This document shows positions 12,190-28,070 of a DNA stretch of 64,000 nt, piece after piece; position 1 is the first letter of the stretch; each line of letters opens with the position of its first letter. The DNA comes from Eledone cirrhosa (lineage: Eukaryota). The stretch is from the NCBI GenBank assembly GCA_964016885.1, contig OZ024743.1, forward strand, positions 241,862,001 to 241,926,000, read 5' to 3'. The notes below the pieces were generated by a model that was given only the letters and a program-made list of their open reading frames with translations, made no database searches and was not told the DNA's origin. A program made the translations under genes and the position numbers.

Positions 12190-14372
12190 TCATTTATTGG
12201 CTACAAAGGCCGACATATAGGGTACAATACAAAAACACAGACAGTGGGCGGTTTACAATAAGACTAATTTAACAATGAAGATATAAAAATATAAAATAAA
12301 CTATGCATAAATAAAACAAAATAAATTCCCCTATAGTAGGTGGACGACCCAGGGTGATTCAGGTACCCCACCAATTATGAACCACGCTGCGCTTCTAGGG
12401 CACCCACGGAGAGCACCCCTCTCCTCAAATTATCTAGCCTTTAGGTGCATGGTCAGAGTAGGCCCATTCACACGGGCCATTCTCGCCACATTCATCCACC
12501 TTTTAGGAAATGTACTGGGGGCAGTACTTCTCTCCCCACCTCACCTTCCTTTCCAGGTGAAACTTGAAGAAGTTGATGAGGGATTGGTCGAAGAGAAAAG
12601 TGCCTGTCTTCAGTCCTTTCAATCTGTCCCACCATATAACGTATTTCGCAACTACCACCAGACAGAGGAAAATTGCCTGCCAAAGGACGGCGGCGGGTCG
12701 ATCTTCATTATGGACTCGGTCGATAGCCGGATCCGTTCTACACGCGACAGTAGCTGTTTGATATAACTCCACAAGTCAGTAATGCACGGACATTGGACAA
12801 GAGCGTGCAAAACGGTTTCGTCGCTCTGTGCGCATCTCGATTAGAATAGTGTCTATTAGGTTTAGTAAAGCTTTAGCAATAGAGAAACATAGAGCAGAGG
12901 CGCTTAGCAAAGGCATCGCAACCGACGTACTTGCGGCGAAATTGGCCCTTGACCAATTCTTCAATGCAAAGCACGAAGGCTACGTTGTCAGAGCTAGGGT
13001 GCGTGCCCTCAGACACGAGGGGACGAAAGCCGTTCAATGGGCCCGAGTGGTGGAGGCGCGTCGTGGCAACAAAGCCTCGATCCGGTCTTTGGTCCATCTG
13101 ACACTACTTCCGTGCCTGTAGAGTTTATACCGAACCGGCAGTGCACCCTGGTAGCATTGCCAAGCGAGGGATTTCTGGAAATTGTCTATCGTCCCCGGCT
13201 CGAAATTCCTCCGGGACAGACTGGTCAGTTCGACTTCGTCGAGGGCCAAAGCTTTTCCGAGTGCGTCATCGCACTTGCCCATCACTAATCCTCTATAGAA
13301 CTCGAGAGTGGAAGTTCCACTGATCGCATTGCCCGCTTGGTAGAGGGCAGTGAGTGCCTGGCAAAATTCCAGGTGCCAGTCACCCTGTGTCGGTTTCTTC
13401 TTGACCCAGGACTGCAGCTCAGTCAAAGAAACGAGTTGCGGAAAGGCCCATCTGATGAAAGGCGACCACACATGTTCAGCGTTTAGGCATAATATCTGGA
13501 GATGTCGCAGCCTCAGCGCATGTCTGCGCATCATTAGCCACGGCATGCCCAACCCTCCGTGTAGAGGGTGCTGGCAGCAGATGCACCGCCTCACCAACGG
13601 AACTTGTCCTCTCGACAAGACTTTGAAGAGGAGCCGTTCCATCTTGCTGAGACGCGGACGGGGGCAGGGCACGAAGGTCAGGCGGTAGGAGATGATGGAC
13701 GCGATGTATGCATTCGCCACCTCCGCGCGACCTTTCAGTGATAGCTTCCTTGCAGCCCATTTTTGGGTGAGACTGGCTACCCTGTTCGTTACCTCGTCCC
13801 ACTTCTTTTCCACCTGGAGGTCTGGTCCGAACCAAACCCCGAGCAACTTTACTGGTCCGTCCGTCCAATGCCCTACGACGCTGTTGGACGGCATGGATTT
13901 CGCTCTCCAGGTTCCGAGCTGCAAGCCCACCGACTTTTCCGGGTTAAGTTTGGCTTCTGTCAACCTTTCATATTCCTTCAATATGGTGCCGATCACCTCG
14001 AGTTCTGAGGTGTCCGACACCATCACGGTGATGTCGTCCGCATAAGCCGACACAGCCCTTCCACGTCCCGGTAGGAGCGGGATGCCCTGCAACAGCTCCA
14101 GCTTCCGCAGTAAAGGCTCGAGAGACAATACGTACAGAAGGGAAGAGAGAGGGCAACCCTGACGGACCGATCGGAAGAGTCGAAATGGTTGTTCCGAGAG
14201 GTGGCCATTAACCTTGACCACCGAGCATGTGCCGCTGTGCATTGCAGCGATCCAACTTCTGAAGACAGTGCCGAAGCCAGCTGCTTTGAGGACAGCCTCC
14301 AGATACCGATGGTCGACTCTATCGAATGCTTTCGATTGATCTAAATTGATCAGTGCCCCACCGAAACCATGT
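12190..14372 (-). mobile_element. Tx1-clade LINE, 5'-truncated (RT to 3' UTR), with an inverted internal insert
   Basis: SVRQGCPLSSLLY, AYADDITV, KLLGVWFG, GGLGMP and RCAQSDETVLHALVQC. The 3' end is at (TAA)n 12159-12189. Segment ~12840-13095 is a plus-strand linker piece. Confidence 0.9.
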
Positions 14373-14375
14373 AAG

Positions 14376-14463
14376 ATATTACATATGTTTCACTGCCGAT
14401 CAACCCGAGAAACGATCGAATAATGTTCGTTCTTACCTCTGGAATCGAGTGTTCCTCAGATAT
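14376..14463 (-). ncRNA. Type I hammerhead ribozyme with extended stem II
   Basis: Reverse complement reads atat-CTGAGGA-acact...cagt-GAAA-catatg (palindromic stem III)-TA-atat. Confidence 0.65.
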
Positions 14464-14552
14464 GTGTTCTCACATGCTCCCCAGGAGCATCAAAAGCTCA
14501 TCTTTGCATACCACCTGTGAACGTAATTCAATTGCACCACTACTAACTATAT

Positions 14553-14626
14553 CCAACCAAACAGTGAGTGTGTTCTGTTATTTTTTCTGGCAATATTATT
14601 ACAACAATATGACCCTCCCCAAGCAT

Positions 14627-14632
<6 letters not shown>
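14553..14632 (+). mobile_element. 3' terminal pLTR fragment of the 35-42 kb PLE family
   Basis: ccaaccaaacagtgagtgtgttctgttatt...atgaccctccccaa matches 41853-41930. Followed by (TA)n. Confidence 0.65.
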
Positions 14633-14694
<62 letters not shown>

Positions 14695-15116
14695 AGGGAG
14701 AATAGATTATCAATTTAACATCTCTATGCATATATTTTATTACCATGTGACACACGTTTCGCAATTTGTCAGCTCAAGGTTCTGAATTGATTCTTCATTC
14801 CCGCTAGCTTATTATTGAAATTGCATGTCACGGCTGCAATTGACCGTTGACGATACACTCGACGAATACTACAATGGTAGTTGAATCCACATAACTGCAC
14901 CAGTAATATAACTCTACACACGAACCGAATATATATATATATATTAGGATTGGTGCTCTGAAATAGCGATGTATACAAGAATGTATGTATAGTATATCTG
15001 GCGATATACTGTATGTTTAATTAAAAACATTTTGAAGACCTTGCGCTATTATTTAAAAGTAGTGACTATGTCACTTCTTTTTTTCAACAAGGGAAGGGAG
15101 ATAAGCTGACAGATCT

Positions 15117-15219
<103 letters not shown>

Positions 15220-15410
15220 CGAAGTTGTAGCCGCAGGAGAACAAATGCCAATCTAATTGTTGAAGCGGTCACAGAGCACTCCACGTTACGAAAATCTAAT
15301 ACATTTTTCGTCCACACAGTTAAGAAAGTGTGACACCGGGAGTAAAATGACCAGGTGCGTTTGGTCATAGCGTATGGCCACAACAACGATAGATATAAAA
15401 AGATAGGATA

Positions 15411-15482
<72 letters not shown>

Positions 15483-15484
<2 letters not shown>

Positions 15485-18400
15485 AATTAATAAAAATAAT
15501 GAATAAAAACAAAGAAACAGTTCCTTATATTAAAAAATTCATCATTTTACGATCGTTTCTAGGATATATATGTCTGTGTTGGTATGTATATAATATAGAT
15601 CTATGTAAAAATGTTTACAAACTATCAGAGGGAATATACATACCTACACATATATATATGCTGTCTTCAGAAATAATGATATTTGTTTATTGAAAAAAAA
15701 AAAAAAAAATATTTAATATAATAGGTCTGTCTGGGAACAGGTTTTGAATTGACCAATAGAAAGGTAGTAAGTGGTCAAGTTGATAGAATAGTAGTAGTAG
15801 AAATTTAACTTAGGGGTAGAGGAATGCAGACTTCAGTTTTGAATGGAAAGAGTATTTTGAATGAAAAGATTACTTTGGGGATGAAAATAGGTCAAGCCGG
15901 TGAAAGGTACACGAAAATTTGATGTTATTAAAGAATAATGCTAATGTTAAAATTTAAGGAGAATAACATTTTACGATAAATGTGTTTGTGAAAAATATCA
16001 ATCTTATTTAAAACATAAGGAATTTAGATCTATAAAAAGAAAATAAATTAATTTAATTTATAGGTATATGTATATTGATAATTTTATATTAATTCATGTA
16101 GATATGATAAATAAGAGTTAGATGTAATTAAAGAATGTTGTTAAAACGAAGGAAAAAAGATTTTTTTTTTTGGGGGGGGGGGGATAAATGTATTAGTGAA
16201 AAATAATAAACTTATATAGATTACAAACACCTCAAATTTAAGAAATATAAATCTAATTTTCAAAAGGAAGTTGATTCTATCCTATTGGATCTAAAAAAAT
16301 CTAACAAAATCCATGTCCACTCTGACAAAACTGGAAATCTGTACCACATGGATACTGATAATTACAATGAGTTCATTTATAAAGAACTCAGGAAAAATTA
16401 TAAAAAAACAAATAATGCGGCACTTACTAATATCAACAACAAAACACACAACATAGTAAATAGACTTAATATTGAAGATAGAACTGAACCTTTGGCACTG
16501 AAAAACCACATTTTAACCTGAAATATCACAAATCTAATTTTAACTCTAATCCTTCTATAAGACTTATATGCCCTTCCAAATCTGACATTGGCATCATTAG
16601 TAAAAAAAATTTAGATAGAGTCTTCCCACAATTATGAAAACATGTTAATTTACCACTCTGGGAAAACACATCCCAGGTAATTAACTGGTTTACTAATATT
16701 AGAAATAAATCATCTGCTTCATTTCTACAATTCGATATAGATGCTTATTATTCCTCTATATCACCCATACTCCTGAGCAAAGCCTTGATATTTGCCAAAA
16801 ATAGATCAAACTTAACTATGGATGACATTAATATTATCACGCACGCATTGGATGACATTAATATTATTCACACTACTGGAATTTCAGAAGGAATACTGGA
16901 CCAGAAATACATATAGTCATCTATTCGACATTACTATGGGCTCTAGTGATTCTGCCCAAATTACCGATCTTGTGGGCCTCTTTCTTCTATTTAACATAAA
17001 TGCTTCTTTTCCCCACCTTAAAGGTGGTTCATATCGTGATGACTGTCTTCTTTCTACTAACCTTAGCCTATCAGAAATTGAAAAAAATAAAAAACTTATT
17101 AGAACTTTCCTCAAAGACTATTAGAGTCTCACTATTATATTTGAAAACACAAGTAAAGTAGTTAATTTCCTTGATATAACATTAGACTTATCTACGAGTA
17201 TCTACCAACCTTACCATAAACCTAACAAAAACTTACATTACATACACTCACAATCTAATTACCCTAAATCTATCCTTAAAAACCTAGCATATAATATCTC
17301 ACTCAGAATGTCTAACCTTTCATCTAACCAGGATGTATTCGATAAAAATGCGACGTTTTATAACGAAGCTTTAGCTAGAAGGGGCCACAAAAACAAATTA
17401 GTATATATACCTTGTACCAATAATACTACAAACATACAACCCAATATTACCAACAAACACCAAATGAAATATACACACCTAAATGCCACTCACACTATAC
17501 CCCAAAATACCAACTTAAAACTTAATTTCTCTACCTCTTCTATTATACAATATAATAACTTTAAAAAAACCATTCATCCTAATATTCCAATATATGTTAA
17601 TAACATTACTAACAAGATTCCTAATAATCAGGCTAAAACACCTAAATCAGTGAATCTAACTAAAAATATGTGTAATAAAATCACTAATACTAATTCTACA
17701 ACATCGAAACCGTAATAGACGAGTTACTTGGTATAATGCTCCATTTAATCTACAAATTAAAGATAATATACCTGAAGAATTATTTACTATCCTAGAGAAA
17801 AACTTCCCGCCAAACCATAAATACCATCAAATTTTAAATAGATCAACGGTCAAATTCTCCTACTCAACAACCAAAAATATACAACAAAATATAAGTGCCT
17901 ATAATGCATATAAATGTAAAGAAAACATGAATATACCACCAATACATCAAACTAACCATAATACTAAAATAAACCACAGCAAACCACCATCTCATTCACA
18001 TACAACAAGTCGAGAAAATTCCACACCTAATTTGACTAACTCCCCTGATATAACATTCACGAAAGGTTGTAACTGTAGAAACAAAGCAAATTGCCCATTA
18101 AAAGTAAATTGCTTTATTAATAACATAGTATATAAATGTAAAATTAACACTAAGGACTCAACTTATTCATATATAGGTGCTACTTCTAACCAATTTAAAG
18201 TAAGATTTAATACCCACAAACACAGTTTTAAAAATGCCGCATTAGCTAATACAACATCCTTAGCTGAAATAATTAATAATTATAGAAAAAAGAATAACGA
18301 TTATAACCTGACCTGGAGTGTGCTCAAAAGGGCCACCCTTATCAAAATAATAGTTATGAATATAGATTATGTTCCCAGGAACTTTTTGAAATAATGAAAT

Positions 18401-19554
18401 CTAAGGATATCCTATTAAATAAGCGACAAGATTTAATTATATCATGTAATCATAGAATTAGAAAAACGTTTAAATATTATAAACCTAATTAATATACACT
18501 TGTATTTTACAAATTATTATAATAACATTTTTTTTTTAAATTAGTTAACCTATAATTAATATTCTACTACTAATGAACTGCATAATTTTTTTTCCCTTTT
18601 ACAGCTATCTTTTCCTAAAATTTATACCAATAAGTATACATATAAACCATTTTAATTTCAGGTTATGAATCTATATTCCTTGTAATCTATATAAGTTTGT
18701 TATTTTTCACTAATACATTTACCCCCCCCCCCCCCCCAAAAAAAAATAATGTTTTTCCTTCGTTTTTAACAACATTCTTTAATTATATCGAACTCTTATT
18801 TATCATATCTATATGAATTAATATAAATTTATCCATATAAATATACCTATCAATTAAATTAATTTATTTTCTTTTTATAGATCTAAATTCCTTATGTTTT
18901 AAATAAGATTGATATTTTTCACTAACACATTTATCGTAAAATTTTCTTCTCCTTAGATTTTAACATTAGCATTATTCTTTAATAGCATCAAATTTTCGCG
19001 TACCTTTCACCGGCTTGACCTATTTTCATCCCCAAAGTAATCTTTTCATTCAAAATACTCTTTCCATTCAAAACTGAAGTCTGCATTCCTCTACCCCTAA
19101 ATTAAATTTCTACTACTACTATTCTATCAACTTGACCACTTACTACCTTTCTATTGGGCAATTCAAAACCTGTTCCCAAACAGACCTATTATATTAAATC
19201 TTTGTTGTTGTTGTTTTTTTCAATAAACAAATATCATTATTTCTGAAGACAGCATATATATGTGTAGGTATGTATATTACCTCTGACAGTTTGTAAATTT
19301 TTTACATAGATCTATATGATATACATACCAACACACACATATATATCCTAAAAACGATCGTAAAATGATGAATTTTTTAATATAAGGAACTGTTTCTTTG
19401 TTTTTATTCATTATTTTTATTAATTTATCTTGACTCTGTTTTCCTGTGTTTTCCATCGAAAAAATTTTAAAATACATCTTCTCTTTTCATGATATTTGGA
19501 TTACATTGAGTTCTTGATACGGATTGGACACTACCGTATATTTTGGTAGATTTA

Positions 19555-19555
<1 letters not shown>
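15483..19555 (+). mobile_element. Naiad-type Penelope-like element, degenerate, with an upstream inverted copy of its 3' end
   Basis: SDKTGNLY, FLQFDIDAYYSSI, FDITMGSSDSAQITDLVG, GSYRDDCL, WYNAPFN, CNCRNKANCPL and the GIY-YIG motif IVYKC...YIGAT. Segment 15483-~16230 is the reverse complement of ~18680-19427. Confidence 0.88.
15541..15680 (-). ncRNA. Hammerhead ribozyme with a ~100-nt stem II insert
   Basis: Reverse complement reads atcattattt-CTGAAGA-...ccta-GAAA-cgatcg-TA-aaatgat. Paralogs at 19233-19369 (GAAA>AAAA) and ~49775-49910 (GGAA). Confidence 0.65.
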
Positions 19556-19589
<34 letters not shown>

Positions 19590-19597
19590 GTACATTT

Positions 19598-20174
19598 TTG
19601 TACCAACATCCCAACCAAGAACACGGGGTTTCGATAAATTACATTGAAATAAAGATCCTATCCACACACAGAACTGACGCAACACACAGACAAATTACGG
19701 AGGCCACTCACATAATGGAAGATAATCCTAGCCTGAACAGTAAACAGGAATGGAACTGTAACAACCCGAAAAATGAAGACGGAATAAAGACAAAAAAATG
19801 ACGAAGACAGCAAGGCCCCCACACACATAAATCAAATGTAGACATGACAAACGCAAAAACACAAACACAAAAACACATGCACATACACAGAGATGCAGGC
19901 GCAAATACATGCACATACACAGAGATGCGGCACAAACGCATGTACAAACACGAAACGCAAAACAAATCGCACCACAGAACAAACAAAGACAAGATGTGGC
20001 AGAATTAAGACCAGGAAAAAGAGGAAGCCCAAAACAGATAACCATTGTGAATGTGTGACCAAAGTATTTGATAAACAAATGAATAACGAAAAATAAAGAC
20101 AAAATGAAAATTATATGCTGCCTGTGTCCTTTTTATGGCCAATATTGGCGACATGACCATTCCAAGATATAACA

Positions 20175-20178
<4 letters not shown>
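19598..20178 (+). mobile_element. PLE 3' fragment (GIY-YIG C-terminus + 3' UTR), relative of the 35-42 kb element
   Basis: IEIKILSTHRTDATHRQITEATHIMEDNPSLNSKQEW aligns with IEIRIISKHRNDPADRQIREASEIEIRRPKLNRKNEW. The terminus atgaccattccaagatataacaac is similar. Confidence 0.75.
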
Positions 20179-20263
<85 letters not shown>

Positions 20264-20284
20264 TGTGTGTGTGTGTGAGAGAGA

Positions 20285-20318
<34 letters not shown>

Positions 20319-20412
20319 CCACAGTCAGTAAGGTACTCAATACAAAGCCGAGTATAAATATTTAACATAGAAAAGCTTCTACAGGATTAGAACTGTTTCA
20401 TTCATGAGAAAG

Positions 20413-20460
<48 letters not shown>

Positions 20461-20465
<5 letters not shown>

Positions 20466-20652
20466 AACGAGTAGGAGCCCGACGGCTGAGCTCAAGGCGT
20501 TTCGACGGCTAATTCTGGACTGAATTAGCCGTCGAAACAGCTTGAGCTCAGCCGTCGGGGTCCTACTCGTTCCTATTACCCACTCTACTACCCTAAGTAT
20601 TGAGTACTTTGGTGCGTTATGGTCCACCTGGTTCCTTACCACATTTCCTCCG

Positions 20653-20655
<3 letters not shown>
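20461..20655 (+). mobile_element. Short hairpin element (half-hammerhead fold-back) in (TA)n
   Basis: ~115-bp inverted repeat plus an 80-bp tail. A second copy lies at 24502-24696 in the opposite orientation. Confidence 0.7.
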
Positions 20656-20728
<73 letters not shown>

Positions 20729-20780
20729 CAATAAAGAAGAGTGACATGGTTCGCTATACAATAAAGGCTTTATTCACATT

Positions 20781-20888
20781 GCTAACAATTGTTTCTTTGA
20801 TCTGGCAGGTCTAGAGTTCGCTATACGCCTGATTATGCGCCAATCGATCTCCAATACTTTGTTTATAACCAGTCGTTTTCATCAGAGC
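20781..20888 (-). ncRNA. Hammerhead ribozyme-like motif with a long stem II region
   Basis: Reverse complement reads gct-CTGATGA-(~80 nt)-GAAA-caattg-TT-agc. Confidence 0.5.
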
Positions 20889-20961
20889 ACACACTCACAC
20901 ACACACACACAGACATACACACACACATGTTGTTATATTCTAGAATGGTCATGATGCCAAC

Positions 20962-21098
<137 letters not shown>

Positions 21099-21196
21099 AT
21101 AGGAGTTAAGTTTTATTGTAGCACAATAAAGCAATGCAAATATCGGATAAGTAGCACTCAACAGTTTATAGGACTGGAGTATAAATAATATAAAAT

Positions 21197-21508
21197 CAAA
21201 AGATGGTTAAAAGAGTTCCATGTATTTTATTATGCGCATTTCAAAAACAAATATCATCATGAGATGATGTTTGCGTTCTCATCAGATAAAATAGGGAGAC
21301 ATGATATGAAGCTTAAAAATCACTTGCGAGCAGTGAATTGTTAAATCAAGATATGTTGATTTAACACTTCACTGCTCGCAAGTGTTTTTTAAGCTTCATA
21401 TCTTGTCTCCCTATTTTATCTGATGAGAACGGAAACATCATCTCATGATGATATTTGTTTTTGAAATGCGCATAATAAAATACATGGAACTCTTTTAACC
21501 ATCTTTTG
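21197..21508. mobile_element. Fold-back PLE pLTR element with hammerhead
   Basis: ~150-bp inverted arms centred at ~21352. A related single arm lies at 51030-51190. Confidence 0.75.
21412..21482 (+). ncRNA. Type I hammerhead ribozyme
   Basis: tattttat-CTGATGA-(aaacatcatc/gatgatattt stem II)-GAAA-tgcgca-TA-ataaaata. Stem I is a perfect 8 bp and stem III is palindromic. Confidence 0.8.
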
Positions 21509-21985
21509 TTCTTATATATTATAAATATATGTATGTATATAAATATATATATATGATTTTATATCATATATATATATGTATGTGAGTATCTAATAGAATC
21601 GAAACATGTTTGTTGCTTTCACCAACTTGACGTATAGATTAGGTCCAGTAAATTCGATAATCATATTGCAGAATCTTTCGTTGGATATAAGCCTTTTCTC
21701 TATTGTAGGGAGCTTCTGTCAGGAAATTGCTAGGATAGACTCAATTGATTGACTTTTTTTCCCCGCGACATATTTACAATGTGAGTCTGTACTTATGTAT
21801 AGATAAATACATAAGCACAGCAGGCATACACACACACACACACAGGCACACACACACCTATATATATACGTGTGTGTGTGCGTGTGTGTGTGTATGCGCG
21901 CATGCGTGCGTCCAATATGCTGACGAGGCAAAAAAGCATCTGTCTGTTTGTCTTACGTAACTGAGTGTATTTCCTGACACTATAG

Positions 21986-22029
<44 letters not shown>

Positions 22030-22034
22030 TATAC

Positions 22035-24450
<2,416 letters not shown>

Positions 24451-24464
24451 TTATTATTATTACC

Positions 24465-24497
<33 letters not shown>

Positions 24498-24501
24498 TAT
24501 A

Positions 24502-24691
24502 TAACGAAGGAAATGTGGTAAGGAACCAGGTGGACGATAACGCACCAAAGTACTCAATACTTGGGGTAGTAGAGTGGGTAATAGGAACCAGTAAGACCCC
24601 GACGGCTGAGCTCAAGCCGTTTCGACGGCTAATTCTGTCCAGAATTAGCCGTCGAAACGGCTTGAGCTCAGCCGTCGGGGTCTTAGTGGTT

Positions 24692-24696
<5 letters not shown>
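24502..24696 (-). mobile_element. Second copy of the short hairpin (half-hammerhead) element
   Basis: Reverse complement of 20461-20655, flanked by (TA)n. Confidence 0.7.
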
Positions 24697-24731
<35 letters not shown>

Positions 24732-24899
24732 GAGAGATGGGGCTGGAGTCAAAAGTTTCCATATAAATGAAGAATAGTTCTCTATAAATATAGAGCTAAG
24801 GTATATTATCTATATTATTGTAAATAAGTTGTCAACACAGTTGGATGCTACCTAGGGTTTCAAACCCACTCTAGCATATGTCGCGTTAACCATTTCCAA

Positions 24900-25300
24900 T
24901 CTAAACCTTTGCATGACATAAGTAAGATAAAATATTTTCGTCATTTCTAATAAAAGTAAAAACGTACATGAAGTAGATAAGGATAAATGCAATGAGCCTT
25001 TTATTAGATATTATTGCTAACAATACCAGGATGCCAAAGTTAGATAAAAGAATTTAAATACAGTTAAAAGAACCGCAAGCCTAGCTAAACATAAAGCTTA
25101 AATCACCTTGAAATCTCATAAACAAGATTTTGTTGCATATTAATTAACCCGGTTAGAAACGAATTGGAATTAACCATTAAGAAGATATTAACAGAGATAA
25201 ATATGTGTATCAAGAATAACGCTGACTTATTACAGTGGAAGAAAACTTCTTCAGTGATAGGTTGGTTCAATATCATTCCAGAGAGAAAACAGATTGACGC
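24900..25300 (+). pseudogene. Old Naiad RT N-terminal fragment
   Basis: KKILTEINMCIKNNADLLQWKKTSSVIGWFNII resembles ILNRVLLEL...LWGNTDQVINWF of the Naiad at 45.4 kb. Confidence 0.5.
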
Positions 25301-26329
25301 AGTTCATTCTAACAAATTTTTACCCCTCAATCACTTGTTCACTATTAATTTTTTCGTATTCATCCGTCGGTTTGGTCAAATCACTGAAACACTAAACTTG
25401 AATGTTTTAGAGGACACTCACTATAAAATCAAATAAGCATGGAAGAATATAGGCCCAGACACACAAAACAAAACTATCTTACAACTGCCTCAGTCCACTA
25501 AATTGGTCTCAAGCCTACACACACACATTACAATGCATCCAAACGCGGTTAAATACAATCTAAACTATAATAAAGTAAGGAGAACGGGACTGCGTACAGT
25601 TTATAATTTTTTGTCCCATTAGTAAAATAAGTTGGATTACTTTGAATAAATAATGAATGAATATTACATAATTTATCAACTAAACTTCGTGGCTGTTCAT
25701 TAAATATATTTTGTTTATTTAAAGATTCACTGCTTTAACATTTCTGAAATGTCAACACTTCCGGTTGGCCATCGCTTAAATAAACATAGTAATTTTCTGT
25801 CACTAATTTTCTCCTAATGCAGTTTATATATAATATCGCCTTTTTTAATGTATCATGAATTACGTTACTGATTACATAAGACAGTGTAACGGAGTCTTCG
25901 TTCAATTTCTATGTATTATATATTGTCAATGACGATTTTATTTTCTAGTGTGGTTTTTCTGCTAGTCAGCTATATAAATAATATACATATAAATAAATCA
26001 TACACCTTTAACGAAACAGATATCTCACTCACCTATATTAATATACACATAAATGTACACAAAGACACAAGTAAATATATATATACATCATATGAATATT
26101 TAACAATATCCTACGCCATAATAAAAACGCATTCTTTACAATAATTCATATAATTATAAATAGGAAGGCACAAGCGTATACACATGCGCGATACAGACAC
26201 TATAACAACTATAATTGTATAAAAAATATAACCTTACAAGCACAGGAGTTATTCATGCTGAATAGTAAAATCACCAAATTCAGTATCCCATTATTATTAC
26301 CTCCCTTGCACTTAATAAGATCTCATGTA

Positions 26330-26515
26330 TATAATTGTTTCTACTTTTGGAACAAGGCCAACAATGATCCAAGTGCATTACTAGTACTTTATTTTATCGC
26401 CCCCGTAAGGATGCAAGGCAAAGTTAACCTTGGCGAGATTTGAACGCAGAATGGAAAGGGACGTAACTCTATGCGCCAAAGTATGGCGTCCGAACCTCTA
26501 CCGATACTGCCAAGT
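26330..26515 (-). mobile_element. tRNA-derived SINE
   Basis: The reverse complement has an A-box-like TGGCAGTATCGG and a B-box GTTCAAATC, then catccttacgggggcgataaaataaagtac shared with the other SINE copies. Confidence 0.75.
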
Positions 26516-26700
26516 ATATAATGTCAACCAACTTGATATTGCCTGAAAAATAAGCAGCACTAGCAGATGTACAGTCTCTAAGAATTATGCAAGAGTAGTC
26601 TATGAAACCTTAGGTAGCATGCAACAATGATGACTATATATATATGTGTGTGTGTGCGTGCACGCACGTATGTGCGTGTAGGTGTATGTGTGTGTGTGTA

Positions 26701-26783
<83 letters not shown>

Positions 26784-26786
26784 CTC

Positions 26787-27997
26787 CCAATAGCTTTATT
26801 TAGCTATTGCTCGCAACCAACCGGAGGTATGTGATTTTTAATGCGATGAAATACCAATGAAGGTTGGAAAATCACTGACGAAGGACTATTTTTATCATAT
26901 GTAACCCATGTGCAACCACGCAGTATTCTTTCTTCTCGTGTTTTTTATATATACTTACCTCGGCTGCGTTTGTCTGTTTCTCTCTTACTGCTTCCCCGCT
27001 CTCTCTGTTTCTCTCACCTTCTTTCGCTCCCTCTGTCATTTACACTTTCTCTCGACTGACCTCTTCCTCGCACCTCCACTCACTCACTCTCTGTTTCTCT
27101 CCTTCTCACTTCCACCCGTTTGGCTTGTAGTGGGTTCTCTTCCTGCTCACATCTCACTCCCGTCGGATGGTCTGTACATTTCTCTCGCTCATAAAATCCA
27201 CCCAGCTTATGCTGACCGGATAACCATGTTGCTTGTTTTTTCCTACCTTTGCGTTGCTTTCATCCTTCTATGTTGTTTACTTGTCTCACTCGCTTTACGC
27301 GATTTACTTGTCCCAATAGCTTTATTTAGCTATTGCTCGCACCAACTGGAGGTATGTGATTTTTAATGCGATGAAATACTAATGAAGGTTGGAAAATCAC
27401 TGACGAAGGACTATTTTTATCATATGTAATCCATGTGCAACCACGCAGTATTCTTTCTTCTCATGTTTTTTTATATATATTTACCTCGGCTGCGTTTGTC
27501 TGTTTCTCTCTTACTGCTTCCCCGCTCTCTCTGTTTCTCTCACCTTCTTTCGCCCCCTCTGTCAGTTACACTTTCTCTCGACTGACCTCTTCCTCGCACT
27601 TCCACTCACTCACTCTCTGTTTCTCCCCTTCTCACTTCCTCCCGTTTGGCTTGTAGTGGGTTCTCTTCCTGCTCACATCTCACTCACGTCGGATGGTCTG
27701 TATATCTCTCACGCTCATAAAATCCACCCAGCTTATGCTGACCGGATAACCATGTTGCTTGTTTTTTCCTATCTTTGCGTTGCTTTCATCCTTCTATGTT
27801 GTTTACTTGTCTCACTCGCTTTACGCGATTTACTTGCCCCAATAGCTTTATTTAGCTATTGCTCGCACCAACCGGAGGTATATGATTTTTAATGCGATGA
27901 AATACCGATGAAGGTTGGAAAATCACTGACGAAGGACTATTTTTATCATATGTAACCCATGTACAACCACGCAGTATTCTTTCTTCTCGTGTTTTAT
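26787..27997 (+). repeat. 526-bp tandem repeat (~2.3 units), PLE pLTR-like, with a degenerate hammerhead
   Basis: Unit starts at 26787, 27313 and 27839. Each unit contains aatac-(C/T)(A/G)ATGA-aggttg...caacc-acgca-gtatt. The array is flanked by (TA)n. Confidence 0.75.
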
Positions 27998-28007
27998 ATA
28001 TATATAT

Positions 28008-28067
<60 letters not shown>

Positions 28068-28070
<3 letters not shown>

